DNA of 64,000 bases, from contig CBDBOV010000005.1 in assembly GCA_965208575.1 (NCBI GenBank), forward strand, positions 1,056,001 to 1,120,000, in the 5' to 3' direction. The translations under genes and the position numbers were made by a program. This DNA is from Spirochaetia bacterium. GTDB lineage: Bacteria > Spirochaetota > Spirochaetia > SZUA-6 > Bin103. Positions 29,040-38,700 of this stretch are shown piece by piece. Below the pieces are notes generated by a model. It made no database searches. It saw only the letters and a list, made by a program, of their open reading frames with translations, and was not told the origin of the DNA. Numbering within the stretch: position 1 is the first letter of the stretch; every line of letters starts with the position of its first letter.

Positions 29040-30146
29040 CTGGACGCCGCGCGCCCGTACGACGAGCTGGTCAGCTACATCGCGCTGTCGGCCCCCGCGA
29101 CGCGGCGCCCCGGCACCGGCGACGAGCCGTTTCTGCGCCCAGAGTTCGGCTTCACGCCCAAGTGGTACCGCGACGCCGTGGGTATCGACTTCGGCGCGCG
29201 CTGGCACACCGATCCCGAGTACCGCCGCTCCGCGCTGGTACGGATGGCGCGCGAAGTGCGGCGCCGCTTTCCGGGGCTGCCGATCGGCCGGGTGGAAGAT
29301 CCGGAGGCGCCGACCGACCTGCTGACCGGCGTCTACGGCGCGTCGTTCGTGGCGCTGCTGTACGGCATCCCGATCGAGTACCAGGAGGACAACTGGCCGT
29401 GGAGCGCGCGCGAGCATCTCGATGGCGAGGCGGTGGACCGGCTGCAGCCTCCCGACCTGGAGCGCAGCGCGGCGTTCGCGGAACTGATGGAGCAGGTGGA
29501 CTGGATCGAGCGCGAGACCGGCACCGTGCGCGGCTACCTCAACTGGCAGGGCGTGCTGAACAGCGCCTACCGCATCCGCGGCGAGGACCTGTTCCTGGAG
29601 ATGGTGCGCGAGCCGGACCGCGTGCACCACCTGTTGTCGTGCGTTGCCGCCACCATGATCGAGGGCGCGCAACGGCTGTACGCCCGGCAGCGCGAGGCGG
29701 GCGTGGACAACCGCCACTTCACGGTCAGCAACTGCCTGGTGAACATGGTGTCACCGAAGCACTACGAGCAGTTCCTGCTGGCGCACGACCGTCGCATCGC
29801 CGAGACCTTCGGCCTGATCGGCATCCACAACTGCGCCTGGAACGCCAACCCCTACCTGGACCACTACGCATCCGTGCCCGACGTGGCGTACGTCGACATG
29901 GGGCTCGACTCCGACCTGCCCAAGGCGCGCGCCCTGTTTCCCGCCGGCCGCCGCGCGCTCATGTACACGCCGATGGAGGTGCGCGACAAGAGCAGCGAGC
30001 AGTTGCGCGCCGACCTGGAAATGATCGCCGCCGAGTACGGCCCCTGCGACCTGGTGTTCGCCGACATCGAGTCCGGCACCCCGGACGAACGGGTGGCCGA
30101 GCTGGCCCGCATGTGCCAGGAAATCAGCGCCGCCAACGAGCCGTAG
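29040..30146 (+). CDS. Uroporphyrinogen decarboxylase / methylcobamide methyltransferase-like protein (probable CTG start)
   Basis: GVLNSAYRIRGE, MVSPKHYEQF and IHNC (HxC); frame stays open with typical codon usage back to CTG 29040, with GGGAG 7 nt upstream. Confidence 0.6.
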   Translation: MDAARPYDELVSYIALSAPATRRPGTGDEPFLRPEFGFTPKWYRDAVGIDFGARWHTDPEYRRSALVRMAREVRRRFPGLPIGRVEDPEAPTDLLTGVYGASFVALLYGIPIEYQEDNWPWSAREHLDGEAVDRLQPPDLERSAAFAELMEQVDWIERETGTVRGYLNWQGVLNSAYRIRGEDLFLEMVREPDRVHHLLSCVAATMIEGAQRLYARQREAGVDNRHFTVSNCLVNMVSPKHYEQFLLAHDRRIAETFGLIGIHNCAWNANPYLDHYASVPDVAYVDMGLDSDLPKARALFPAGRRALMYTPMEVRDKSSEQLRADLEMIAAEYGPCDLVFADIESGTPDERVAELARMCQEISAANEP

Positions 30147-30192
30147 ACGACCAGCCGGACACCCGGAACCCTTCCGTTCCGTGGCCGTCACC

Positions 30193-31494
30193 TCATCCCG
30201 CGATATCGAGCCGATGCGCCGCGTCGATGCGGGCGGCCACGGCACCCGGCACTCCTGCCTGCCCGGCGAACTCCGGCCAGCGCCGCACGGCCTCTCCGAC
30301 CTGGCCCAGAATGTCGGAGGCACGGCCACGCTGCATGGCGGCGTTGCGCGCGCAAGCGACGAAGTCGTCTGCCGCGAAGCGGTCGCGTTTGCCGTTCAGG
30401 GACATCTGGTGAACGCCGGTCCAGGATCCTGATGGGTTGTAGCTATAGGTGACGTCGAATGCGGGTGCGAGCGACCAGCGCCCCGACCGATCCATCAGGA
30501 ACGCGATGTTCTTGACGTGGTCGTCCTGGTTGCGAGCGACCACGTTGAACGCCATGCGGCGGAACTGCTCCTCCACTGCATCCTTGCCAAGCTCCAGTTG
30601 TTCGATCACGCGGAGCGCTTGCTCGTAGGAGTGGGCGCCGGCCTGGTTGAAGTCGAAGTGCGCCATCGCGCCGAGCGACAGCAGGTGAATCTTGTCGCCT
30701 GCCGCGGATCGGTCGAAGCGCCTGGTCATGAAGTGATCGCGTCCGCCCTCGCGCAGGATTCGGCACGCGGCCATGGTGATGCCCGCGGCTCGAGCCATCA
30801 GGTGATAAGCGTATTCGATCAGTCCGTATCCACGTGGATCCTCGAGCTCGCGGTCACGGTTCCCGGCTACCCCGTCGAACTTCAGCAGCCAGGAGGAGAA
30901 CCGGTCGCCGGCGGAGACCTGCCCGGAACGCACCTCGCCGGTGGTAGGATTCCAGGCGATGATCGCCTTGGCGCGGGCGCCGCCGGCCGAGGTACCCACG
31001 CGGAGGATGCTTTGCAGCGCCTGCTGCCGCCGGTGCGCCGTGAAGGAGCCGGCGAGACTCCTCCGGTTCGTGAGTATCTCACCCGCCAGTTCGACGAGAG
31101 CCGCCACCTCTACCGCGGACTGTCGATGGGCGGGGCCGGTGGCCGGCACGAACTCCAGGGCTCCCATGCCGCGTTCGCCGACGTAACAGAGCCGTTCCAC
31201 CGGATTGAAGTCGCCCGGAGCGCGACCCTGTGCGGCCAGCCAGGCGTCGATGAGTGCGTGGCCGAAGCGGTCGGGGAGCGAGTCGGCAAGCAGTCCCGGA
31301 AGTCCGTGGAACGTCTCCCGCGCCAGGGCGGGGAACGAGTAGATGCCGGCGGCCAGCGGCATCGTGAGCGGGGCAACCTGCCGGCCGCTTGGCAGAAAAT
31401 CCGGAGCGTACTCGAAGGCGGCGTAGCCACGTTCGTCATCCCAGGTCACGGCGCCGATCGTGGTACCCCACATGAGCGCTTCGGCCACCGTCAT
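30193..31494 (-). CDS. hipA: HipA-family toxin kinase
   Basis: N-terminal Couple_hipA region (LADSLPD), GTSAGGARAK, RFDR, NQDDHVKN and LAPAFD. Confidence 0.9.
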   Translation of the reverse strand: MTVAEALMWGTTIGAVTWDDERGYAAFEYAPDFLPSGRQVAPLTMPLAAGIYSFPALARETFHGLPGLLADSLPDRFGHALIDAWLAAQGRAPGDFNPVERLCYVGERGMGALEFVPATGPAHRQSAVEVAALVELAGEILTNRRSLAGSFTAHRRQQALQSILRVGTSAGGARAKAIIAWNPTTGEVRSGQVSAGDRFSSWLLKFDGVAGNRDRELEDPRGYGLIEYAYHLMARAAGITMAACRILREGGRDHFMTRRFDRSAAGDKIHLLSLGAMAHFDFNQAGAHSYEQALRVIEQLELGKDAVEEQFRRMAFNVVARNQDDHVKNIAFLMDRSGRWSLAPAFDVTYSYNPSGSWTGVHQMSLNGKRDRFAADDFVACARNAAMQRGRASDILGQVGEAVRRWPEFAGQAGVPGAVAARIDAAHRLDIAG

Positions 31495-31847
31495 GGCTCA
31501 TCGCCCCAGGTCCATGCCGCGGGGCGCTCACGGATGTGGGTGCCGCCCGGTGAGGACGCGCGGCGGCGCAGCTTGCCGCTCATTCTGAGCTGCTGCATCG
31601 GGCTCGCCGGCGGCTCGGGGACGAGGCCGTCGAGGTGCTCCAGCAACTTGAGGGCGCGCAGGATTCGGATCAGGCTGGAAGCCTGACACGACCTGCCCTG
31701 CTCCAGGCGCTGTACCGTCGGCGCCGAGACCCCCGCCTCGACAGCCAGCGCCGCCTGGGTGAGATTCCGGTTCAGCCGATGGCGCGCAATGCGGGCGCCC
31801 AGTTCCTGCATCGCGGCGGTGTCGTTGGTATGGTGGGTGATCCTCAT
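31491..31847 (-). CDS. XRE-family HTH antitoxin (HipB-like)
   Basis: LTQAALAVEAGVSAPTVQRLEQG HTH; ATGA overlap with hipA. Confidence 0.85.
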   Translation of the reverse strand: MRITHHTNDTAAMQELGARIARHRLNRNLTQAALAVEAGVSAPTVQRLEQGRSCQASSLIRILRALKLLEHLDGLVPEPPASPMQQLRMSGKLRRRASSPGGTHIRERPAAWTWGDEP

Positions 31848-32229
31848 AGTATAGCAATTCTGATAGGTTGCACGCCTTTCGCTTTCGTTAGCAACCATTT
31901 CTCATTCCTTATATGTTAGCTGAGCGCATCGGGTTGGATCAAGCCGAGGGGCGCTCTTAATACACCTAATTTGATAATTATAGGATCATATCAGTACTTA
32001 CCAATCAATATAGATGTATCAATTTATTCTGAATGCTGCTGCGAACTGTTGTTGCTCCCCTGGATGGCGTCGACGGAGCTCCTCCTCCGTAAGCCACGCG
32101 AACGCGTCGTGCGGCGGTACGGCGGCAGGGCGATCCCATGCTGATGAGGACTGAAAATCCCTGGAGGCAGTCTCCATCGCGGGCGCGCTGCTCATCCTCG
32201 CTGCACTGCACCGCCAGTTCGCGGGTCCC

Positions 32230-33894
32230 TCAGGGAGCGCCGCCGCGCGCCGCCGCCACGGGCGGCTGCCACAGCACGTCGAGCGCCGCCGCCACGTGCA
32301 GCGATTCGCCGAACCACTCGGGAGTAGCGGTGTGCGGACCGATGCTGATGCCGGCCGCCGCCAGGCGCTCCACGGTCGGCGCCAGCGGCGGCCCGACACC
32401 CTCCCAGCGCGGCGCCGGTGGCACCGCCGGCAGCGGCTCGCCATTCGGCCGTAGGAACTGGAACCCCCCGGCGCCGTCAGCGACCACCTGAAACCCCTCC
32501 TCGTGGACCGCGCGGTGGTGGAATTTACACACAAGAACCAGGTTGGAGAGCTGCGTCTCCCCGCCGTCGGCCCAGTGCATGACGTGATGGGCGTCGCAAT
32601 GGCGGGACTCGCAGCCGGGGTACTGGCACTGGTTGCGATCCCTGCTCTGCAGGGCACGGCGCAGCGCGGTCGGGATGGTGCGGGTCCTGCGGCGTACGTC
32701 GAGCACCTCGCCGTCGGCGCCGTGGCGCAGCTCCACGAGGCCGGCATCGCAGGCGACGCGACGCGCTGCCTCCTTGCCGACGTATATGCCTCCTGCTTGT
32801 TCGATCACCGCCTGCCCGGCGTCGGGGCCAGGCATCGCGACCGCCAGGTCGCGGTCGGGCGTCGCCTCGGTGGCCGGTAGTTGCTCCGCGTGCTCGATCG
32901 ATACTTGCTCCGCCACCCCGTCCAGTAACGCTGCCGCCGGTGCGAAGGCTGCCTCGCTGCCCGGCGCAATTTCCGCGGAAACGTGCCGCGGGACCGCGGC
33001 GGCCTCGCGGCAGGAAAGCCCGTCAGCCTCCACGTGTACCGTCACCTGGAAGCGGTCGCCGCTGCTGCCCGGATCAAGCCCGCCGGCCAGCGCGCTCTCG
33101 GCCACCAGCCCCAGCGCATCCGCACGCCGCTGCGCGATGTTCGCCTCGTCGCCGCCGGCGGCATCCTCCTCCTCCGCCGCCGGCACCTGCTCCAGGGCCG
33201 CCTCCAGGGCCCGCAGCACTACCGCGCCTACCTCGGGCGTAAGCCGCGCCCGCAGCACCACCATGCCGTCCTCGTCCACCCGCGTGCTCAGCGTGCGCCG
33301 CGCGAGCCGCACCTGCTCCGCGTCCGGCTGCGCCTCCCGGTCCGCCTGCCGCCACCCCCGCACCAGCCGCTCCACCTGCGCCGCGGTGGCACAGCAGGCC
33401 ACGGCAATCAGCCGTGCCTCGTTGTCGGCGGTGGCCACTCGCGTCAGCGCGCGTACGATGGAGTAGGACAGCCGACCGCAGGCCATGGCCGCGGAGAGGT
33501 GGTTGAGATCGGCCAGCGCAGCGGCCACGCGCAGCTTCTCGCGGGCAGCGCCGAGGTCGAGGCCGGTGCGCCAGTTGAGCCAGTGGGCGCAGGAACGGAA
33601 GCCCTCCCAGCCGTGGTGGCGGTCGAACTCGCGCACGTAGCACAGCAACTCGTAGGTGGCGGCCTGGATGCGCGCCGACAGCTCGGCGATGCGGTTGCCG
33701 AGCTGATCCAGGTCGGGGGCTTCCTCCGGGGCCGGAGGCGCTGCGCTGTCGGCAACGGCGAGCGGCGCAGTCTCGCTCGCGCCGGGCGCCCTCGCAGCGG
33801 TGGTGGCCGCGGTCGCGGCTGGGCCGGTGGCTGCCGGTTCAGGCCGCGCTGACGGCGTCGGCGGGCGCGGCAGCGTATAGGTGTCAGGTGTCAT
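32230..33894 (-). CDS. DUF222 domain plus C-terminal HNH endonuclease (REP13E12-like)
   Basis: SCAHWLNWRTG, RRADAL, RRVACDA, RDRNQCQYPGC, DAHHVMHWADGGET and NLVLVCKFHH. Confidence 0.88.
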   Translation of the reverse strand: MTPDTYTLPRPPTPSARPEPAATGPAATAATTAARAPGASETAPLAVADSAAPPAPEEAPDLDQLGNRIAELSARIQAATYELLCYVREFDRHHGWEGFRSCAHWLNWRTGLDLGAAREKLRVAAALADLNHLSAAMACGRLSYSIVRALTRVATADNEARLIAVACCATAAQVERLVRGWRQADREAQPDAEQVRLARRTLSTRVDEDGMVVLRARLTPEVGAVVLRALEAALEQVPAAEEEDAAGGDEANIAQRRADALGLVAESALAGGLDPGSSGDRFQVTVHVEADGLSCREAAAVPRHVSAEIAPGSEAAFAPAAALLDGVAEQVSIEHAEQLPATEATPDRDLAVAMPGPDAGQAVIEQAGGIYVGKEAARRVACDAGLVELRHGADGEVLDVRRRTRTIPTALRRALQSRDRNQCQYPGCESRHCDAHHVMHWADGGETQLSNLVLVCKFHHRAVHEEGFQVVADGAGGFQFLRPNGEPLPAVPPAPRWEGVGPPLAPTVERLAAAGISIGPHTATPEWFGESLHVAAALDVLWQPPVAAARGGAP

Positions 33895-34412
33895 GCCGCC
33901 ATGGTACACCCGGTATTCGGTGGCCCCGTGCCGGCCCGTGGACGAGCCGCCCGTCCGATTTGGGCTTTGCGCGCCAGACCCGGACGCGGCGGGCCGAGAG
34001 CGCGCGCTGAGGGCGCCAAGGGGAGCGGAACAGGCGGGGTCGAGGACGTGGCGCAATCGCGCGCCCGAAACCATGTCAACCCCCTCAGGCCCGCAGCGAG
34101 CGATTTTCTCGACTTTTTTTCAGGCACTCGGCCCACGGCGAACCATTCGCTGACCGTAGGCTGGTCCGAAAAAGCCGGCTGGTGGGCGATGCTCGGGCAT
34201 CGGTTTTCATCGTCTTCCCTGTCACGGAGTGACCGTACAGGCTCACGTGAATCGTGGCATGAGAACCGCGGTTCAGGTGCAGGTCGCCAGAATCGATGGG
34301 GCGGCGACGAGGCGGTGCGTGACAGACCGCGGTTTCGTAGCGTGGGATAGTCCTGGCGTGACCCCGCTGCCCGGCTGACAGCGGCCGTCGTGGCCGCATA
34401 GAATCGCGTTCC

Positions 34413-35435
34413 ATGAGCACCGACCCGGCCCTGCTGCGGCTCGCCTTCGTCGGCTGCGGGCGCATCGCCGGCTTTCATCTCGACGGCATCGAGCAGGCTG
34501 CGCCGCGCACCCGCGTCACCGCGGCCGTCGATCCCGATCCGGACGCGGCCGCCGCGATCGCGGCGCGCACCGGGGCGCGCACGTTCGCTTCGTTGCAGCA
34601 AGCCCTCGGCGCCGGCGGCTTCGACGCGGTGGACATCATGGTGCCGCACGACCTGCACGAGGCGCTTGCGGTCGAGGCATTCGCCGCCGGCAAGCACGTG
34701 CTGCTGGAGAAGCCGATGGCGCTGACCCTGGACGCCTGCGAGCGCATCCAGCAGGCCGCCCGCCGCGCCGGCACCGTGTTCATGGTGGCGGAGAACTCGC
34801 AGTACTGGCCCGACGTGGTACGCGCCCGCGAACTGCTGGCCGGCGGCGCGATCGGCGAGGCGGTCACCGCACGCGCTTCGTTCGAAGCGCTGCACGATCC
34901 GTTCTGGTATCCGGAGGACTCCTGGCGCTATGAGTTGTCCCGCACCGGCGGCGGCGTGGTGGTGGACGGCGGCGCGCACTGGATCCGCCCGCTGCGCATG
35001 TGGCTCGGCGAACTGGACGAGGTGGTGGCCACCACGGCGCGGGTCCTGCCGGTGATGCAGGGCGAGTCGCTCGCTCACGCGCTGCTGCGCTTCCGCTCCG
35101 GCGTGGTGGCGAGCTTCCAGGCGATTACCCACGACGCGCCGTTGTGGGCGGGGCCGTGGTGGCGGCTCACCGGCACCGCGGGCGAGATCGTGATCCATGG
35201 CGGCTTCGACGGCGGCATGACGCTGGTCGACCGGCAGCACCCGCGCGGCCGCCCGATTGCCGGCGAGCACGGCTACGCGGCGTCGTTCGCCCCCGAGCTG
35301 GCGGATTTCGAAGCGGCGGTCCTGGATGGCAAGCCGCCGGAGGCGCCGCCCGAGGCATCGCTCGGCGAACTGCGCACGGCGCTGGCGATCTACCGCTCGG
35401 CGGCGTCAGGACGCTGGCAAAAGGTGTGGAGCTGA
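34413..35435 (+). CDS. Gfo/Idh/MocA oxidoreductase
   Basis: GCGRIA, PHDLH, LEKPMA and GGGVVVDGGAH. Confidence 0.9.
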   Translation: MSTDPALLRLAFVGCGRIAGFHLDGIEQAAPRTRVTAAVDPDPDAAAAIAARTGARTFASLQQALGAGGFDAVDIMVPHDLHEALAVEAFAAGKHVLLEKPMALTLDACERIQQAARRAGTVFMVAENSQYWPDVVRARELLAGGAIGEAVTARASFEALHDPFWYPEDSWRYELSRTGGGVVVDGGAHWIRPLRMWLGELDEVVATTARVLPVMQGESLAHALLRFRSGVVASFQAITHDAPLWAGPWWRLTGTAGEIVIHGGFDGGMTLVDRQHPRGRPIAGEHGYAASFAPELADFEAAVLDGKPPEAPPEASLGELRTALAIYRSAASGRWQKVWS

Positions 35436-35449
35436 ACGGAGGCTAAGGG

Positions 35450-35658
35450 GTAGGGAGCTCGCCGGACCTACAGAGCTCAAACTCGCCGCTCTCCCCGGCC
35501 TTCGGGAAGGGCGAGTCGGTGGTTCTCAGTGTGAACTTCTGTGGCCGCCTCAGTGAGCGGCCCTCATACTGTCCATCGGCCCAAGTTCCCCCTCAGGTGA
35601 CGTACTGTTCTGCAAGGTAGCTTCTCCGATCGGAGAGAGGTCCGGCGAAGCTCCCTAC
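35450..35658. ncRNA. Unidentified ~210-nt structured element (ncRNA or REPIN/MITE-like)
   Basis: 20/21-bp terminal inverted repeat (35450-35469 vs 35638-35658) enclosing several hairpins; intergenic between convergent genes. Confidence 0.45.
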
Positions 35659-35776
35659 TACCGACACGTTATCAGACCCCGCTCGTGCAATGCAAGGCGG
35701 CGGAACAGTTTTTTTCTGGTGCGGGATCGAAACGAGATGCGGATCCCGGGCACCGTGCCGTCCGCCGCGCCGGCGG

Positions 35777-38700
35777 TCAGTGCCGCAGCTTCAGGTCGAG
35801 CTTGAGCATCTGCTCGGGCCCGGCCGCGCCGCCCTCGCGGTGCTCGCCCGCGAGCTCGACGCCGAGATTCATGTGCTCCGCCTCGAACCGGGTCCCGAGC
35901 CGGAGCCGCCAGTCATCGTCGGCGAGCCCGGCCTCGGCGAACGGCGTCAGCAGCCCGTGCGAAGCCGCCCCGACCCCGTAGCCGATCCGCGCGTCGAGCG
36001 CGCCCGCATCCCCGGGCGGCGCCCCGGCCGCCGTCGGCAGCTCGTCGCGCCACAGCGCCTCCGCGCCGCCCGTGCCCGCGCCCCAGCGCGGGCTCAGCAT
36101 CAGCGACAGCCCGCGCCCGTGCGCCCCGGGCCCCATCCGCGCGGTCATGCTCAAGCCCCGCTCCTCCGCGCCCTCCTCCGAGTGCGCGGCGAGCCACCGC
36201 CCGCGCGCCTCGATGTGCAGCCGGGGCGCCTCGAGGCGCAGGCCCCCGGCCACCTCGAGGCCGGTCCCCTCGAGACCGTCGCCGCCGTCCTGGCGCCCCG
36301 CCGCCTCGACGAAGGGGGTGAGCGCGGTGTCGCCGTGCAGCGCGATGCGCCGCGACGCCTCCAGACCCAGGCGCGCCCGCCAACTGTCGGCGGTCAGCCC
36401 GTCGACGTAGTCCGGGCCGTCCTCGGTCACCATCCGCGCGATGCTCGCATCCGCCCGCACCGCGAGGTCGACCGTGGCCAGCGTGGGCAGCCCGTAGCGC
36501 ACGCCCGCCGACGCCATCCCCATCGTGAGGCCGCCGGTCTCCCACTCGCCGCCGTCCAGGCGATGCCGCGCCACGCCGCGCCCGGCGCCAAGCACGCCGC
36601 GCAGTTCAAGGCCGTCTGCAAGGGTCCAGCGCCCGTAGGGGTAGAGCGCCGTCAGCTCGGTCTCAAGACGGCCGTCTCCGGAACCCGCGGCGCCGTCGAA
36701 GCGGTAGTCCGTCTCGCCGGTGCCGTGGCTCACCGCAAGCCCCGCTACCCACGGCCCGACCCGCACGTCGATGCCGAGCCAGCCCGTGCGCAGCTCGCCC
36801 TCGTAGCGCATCCCCGCCTCCGGGCGGCCCGCGAACGCGCCCAGGTCGCCCCGGCCCCACACCGACCACAGCGGTGAAGGGGAGGAGATCCCCGACCCCT
36901 CCGCCGCGCCCAGCGTCAGCGAGAACGCGCTCGCGGGCAGCAGCTCCGACACCTCGCCGGTCCGGCTGCGCTCCGCCACCGGCGCGCAGCCGTCGCGCGC
37001 CGCGCCGCCGCCGACCGGCCCGAGCCGGTGGCCGCCGGCGGAACCCGGCGCGCAGGCCTGCTCCCTGGCCGCGAGCCCGGCGCCCGCGCCGGACACCTCG
37101 AACGGCACCGTCTCGCCCGCCAGCGTCAGCCCGCTCGCCGGCACCGAGGCCGCGAACCGCGCCCCGATGTTGCCAAGCGCGCTCGTCAGCACCTGGTGCG
37201 CCACCGCCGCCAGCGTGTGCCGCACCGCCCGCTTCACCTGCGCCGTGCGCGGGTCGATCACGGCAACCGCGAACGTCAGCACCGCCGCGTCCGCATCCGC
37301 CCGGTTGTCGTCCGCATCGTCGGCCCGCCAGGTGAAGACGTAGCGCCCCGCCGCCTCCGCCGCCGGCGTGCCCGACAGCGTCCGCGTCGCCGCGTCGACG
37401 GACAGGCCCGCAAGCCCCGCCGGATCGGAGGTCAGGGCGTAGGAGAGCGCCCCGTTGCCGCCCGTCGCCTCCGGCAGCACCACCGGCGCCATCGCCTCGC
37501 CCGGTACCAGAACCAGCGACGGCACCCGCGCCGCGCCGAAGGACGGCGCCAGGTCACGCACCGTCACCGTCACCCGGTCGCTGTCCGAAAGGCCCCCCGG
37601 GTCCGTCACCGTGAGCTGGAACTCCAGCGCGCCCGGCCGCTCCGGCGCCCTGAACGTGGTCCGCGCCGCAGTGGCGAAAAGGGTCACCGCCGCACCCGAG
37701 ACCCGGCTCCAGGCATACGTCAGCACCTCCCCGTCCGGGTCCGTGCTCCCCGTGCCGTCCAGCGTCACCGAAGCCCCGGGATCCACCGCGAGGTCGGCCC
37801 CGGCGTCGGCCACCGGCGATCCCGGCGGGGGCGCCGGCGTCTCGTTGGTCACCGTCCGCGTGAAGTCCGCCACCGCGTTGCCCGCGACGTCGCGCAGCCG
37901 GGTGTCGTGAGCCGCGGGCCGGGTGTAGCGCACCTCGACCGTCTCGCCGTGGGCCACCGCCGCCGGTAGCGTCAGCGTCACCTTCCCGGGCGTGACCCGG
38001 TTATCCACCTCGACCGCCGACGGGGTGACGCGGTCGCCGCCGCGCGCTCCATGCCCTTGTGCAGGACCTTGCACTCGATCACCCTCGACCGCCGACGGGG
38101 TGACGCGGTCGCCGCCGCCCACCATCACCTCGAACGCCGCCGGCGGCACCGCGCCGCCGGCCAGCCGCTCGTCGAAGACGATCGTGAGCGTCGCGCCGTC
38201 CACCGTCGGCGCGGCCGAAACCCGCGGCGGCGTCGTGTCACGAGGCTGGGGAGGTTGGGGAGGCTGCTGCGGCGTCCCCGCAATGCGCCAGTCCACCTTG
38301 TGGCCGGCGTCGTGGGCCAGTCCCGCATGCCCCAGAACCGCGTTCACGGTCCCGGCCCTGATCGTGCCGCCGTTCAGCGCCAGCGTGTTCTCGAGCACCG
38401 CGATGCCCACGGACGACCTGTTGGGGTCCACCACCGTGTGGGCGAAGGTCAGCACGGTCGAGCCGCTGCCGGACTCGTAGTTCGCCCGGATCTCGCCGTA
38501 GTTCGGGTCCATCTTGATCGTCAGGCGCGGCGTGCCGGTCACCGTCACCGCCTCGCTGAAGGTCACCTGCACCCGAATCTTCTCGGTCTGCCCGTAGGTC
38601 TCCGGCGTACCGCTGTCGTCCGTATCGAGCGAGGGCGTCGACCAGATGGCGACCCCGGTGACCGTCGGTGCGTTGTTGGACGCCGCCACCACGATGTCGA

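Noticed and set aside
32005-32211. Short ORFs between hipB and the HNH gene
   Set aside because: No recognisable motif, RBS or coherent codon usage
30147-34412. Integrative element or IS with defined ends around hipBA and HNH
   Set aside because: No integrase or transposase, and no convincing flanking direct or inverted repeats found by eye
35450-35658. Cobalamin riboswitch, SRP RNA, tRNA or simple terminator
   Set aside because: GGGAAGG is present but the B12 box and other core motifs are not; no SRP GGAA-loop motif or cloverleaf; too long and complex for a terminator; lies between two 3' ends
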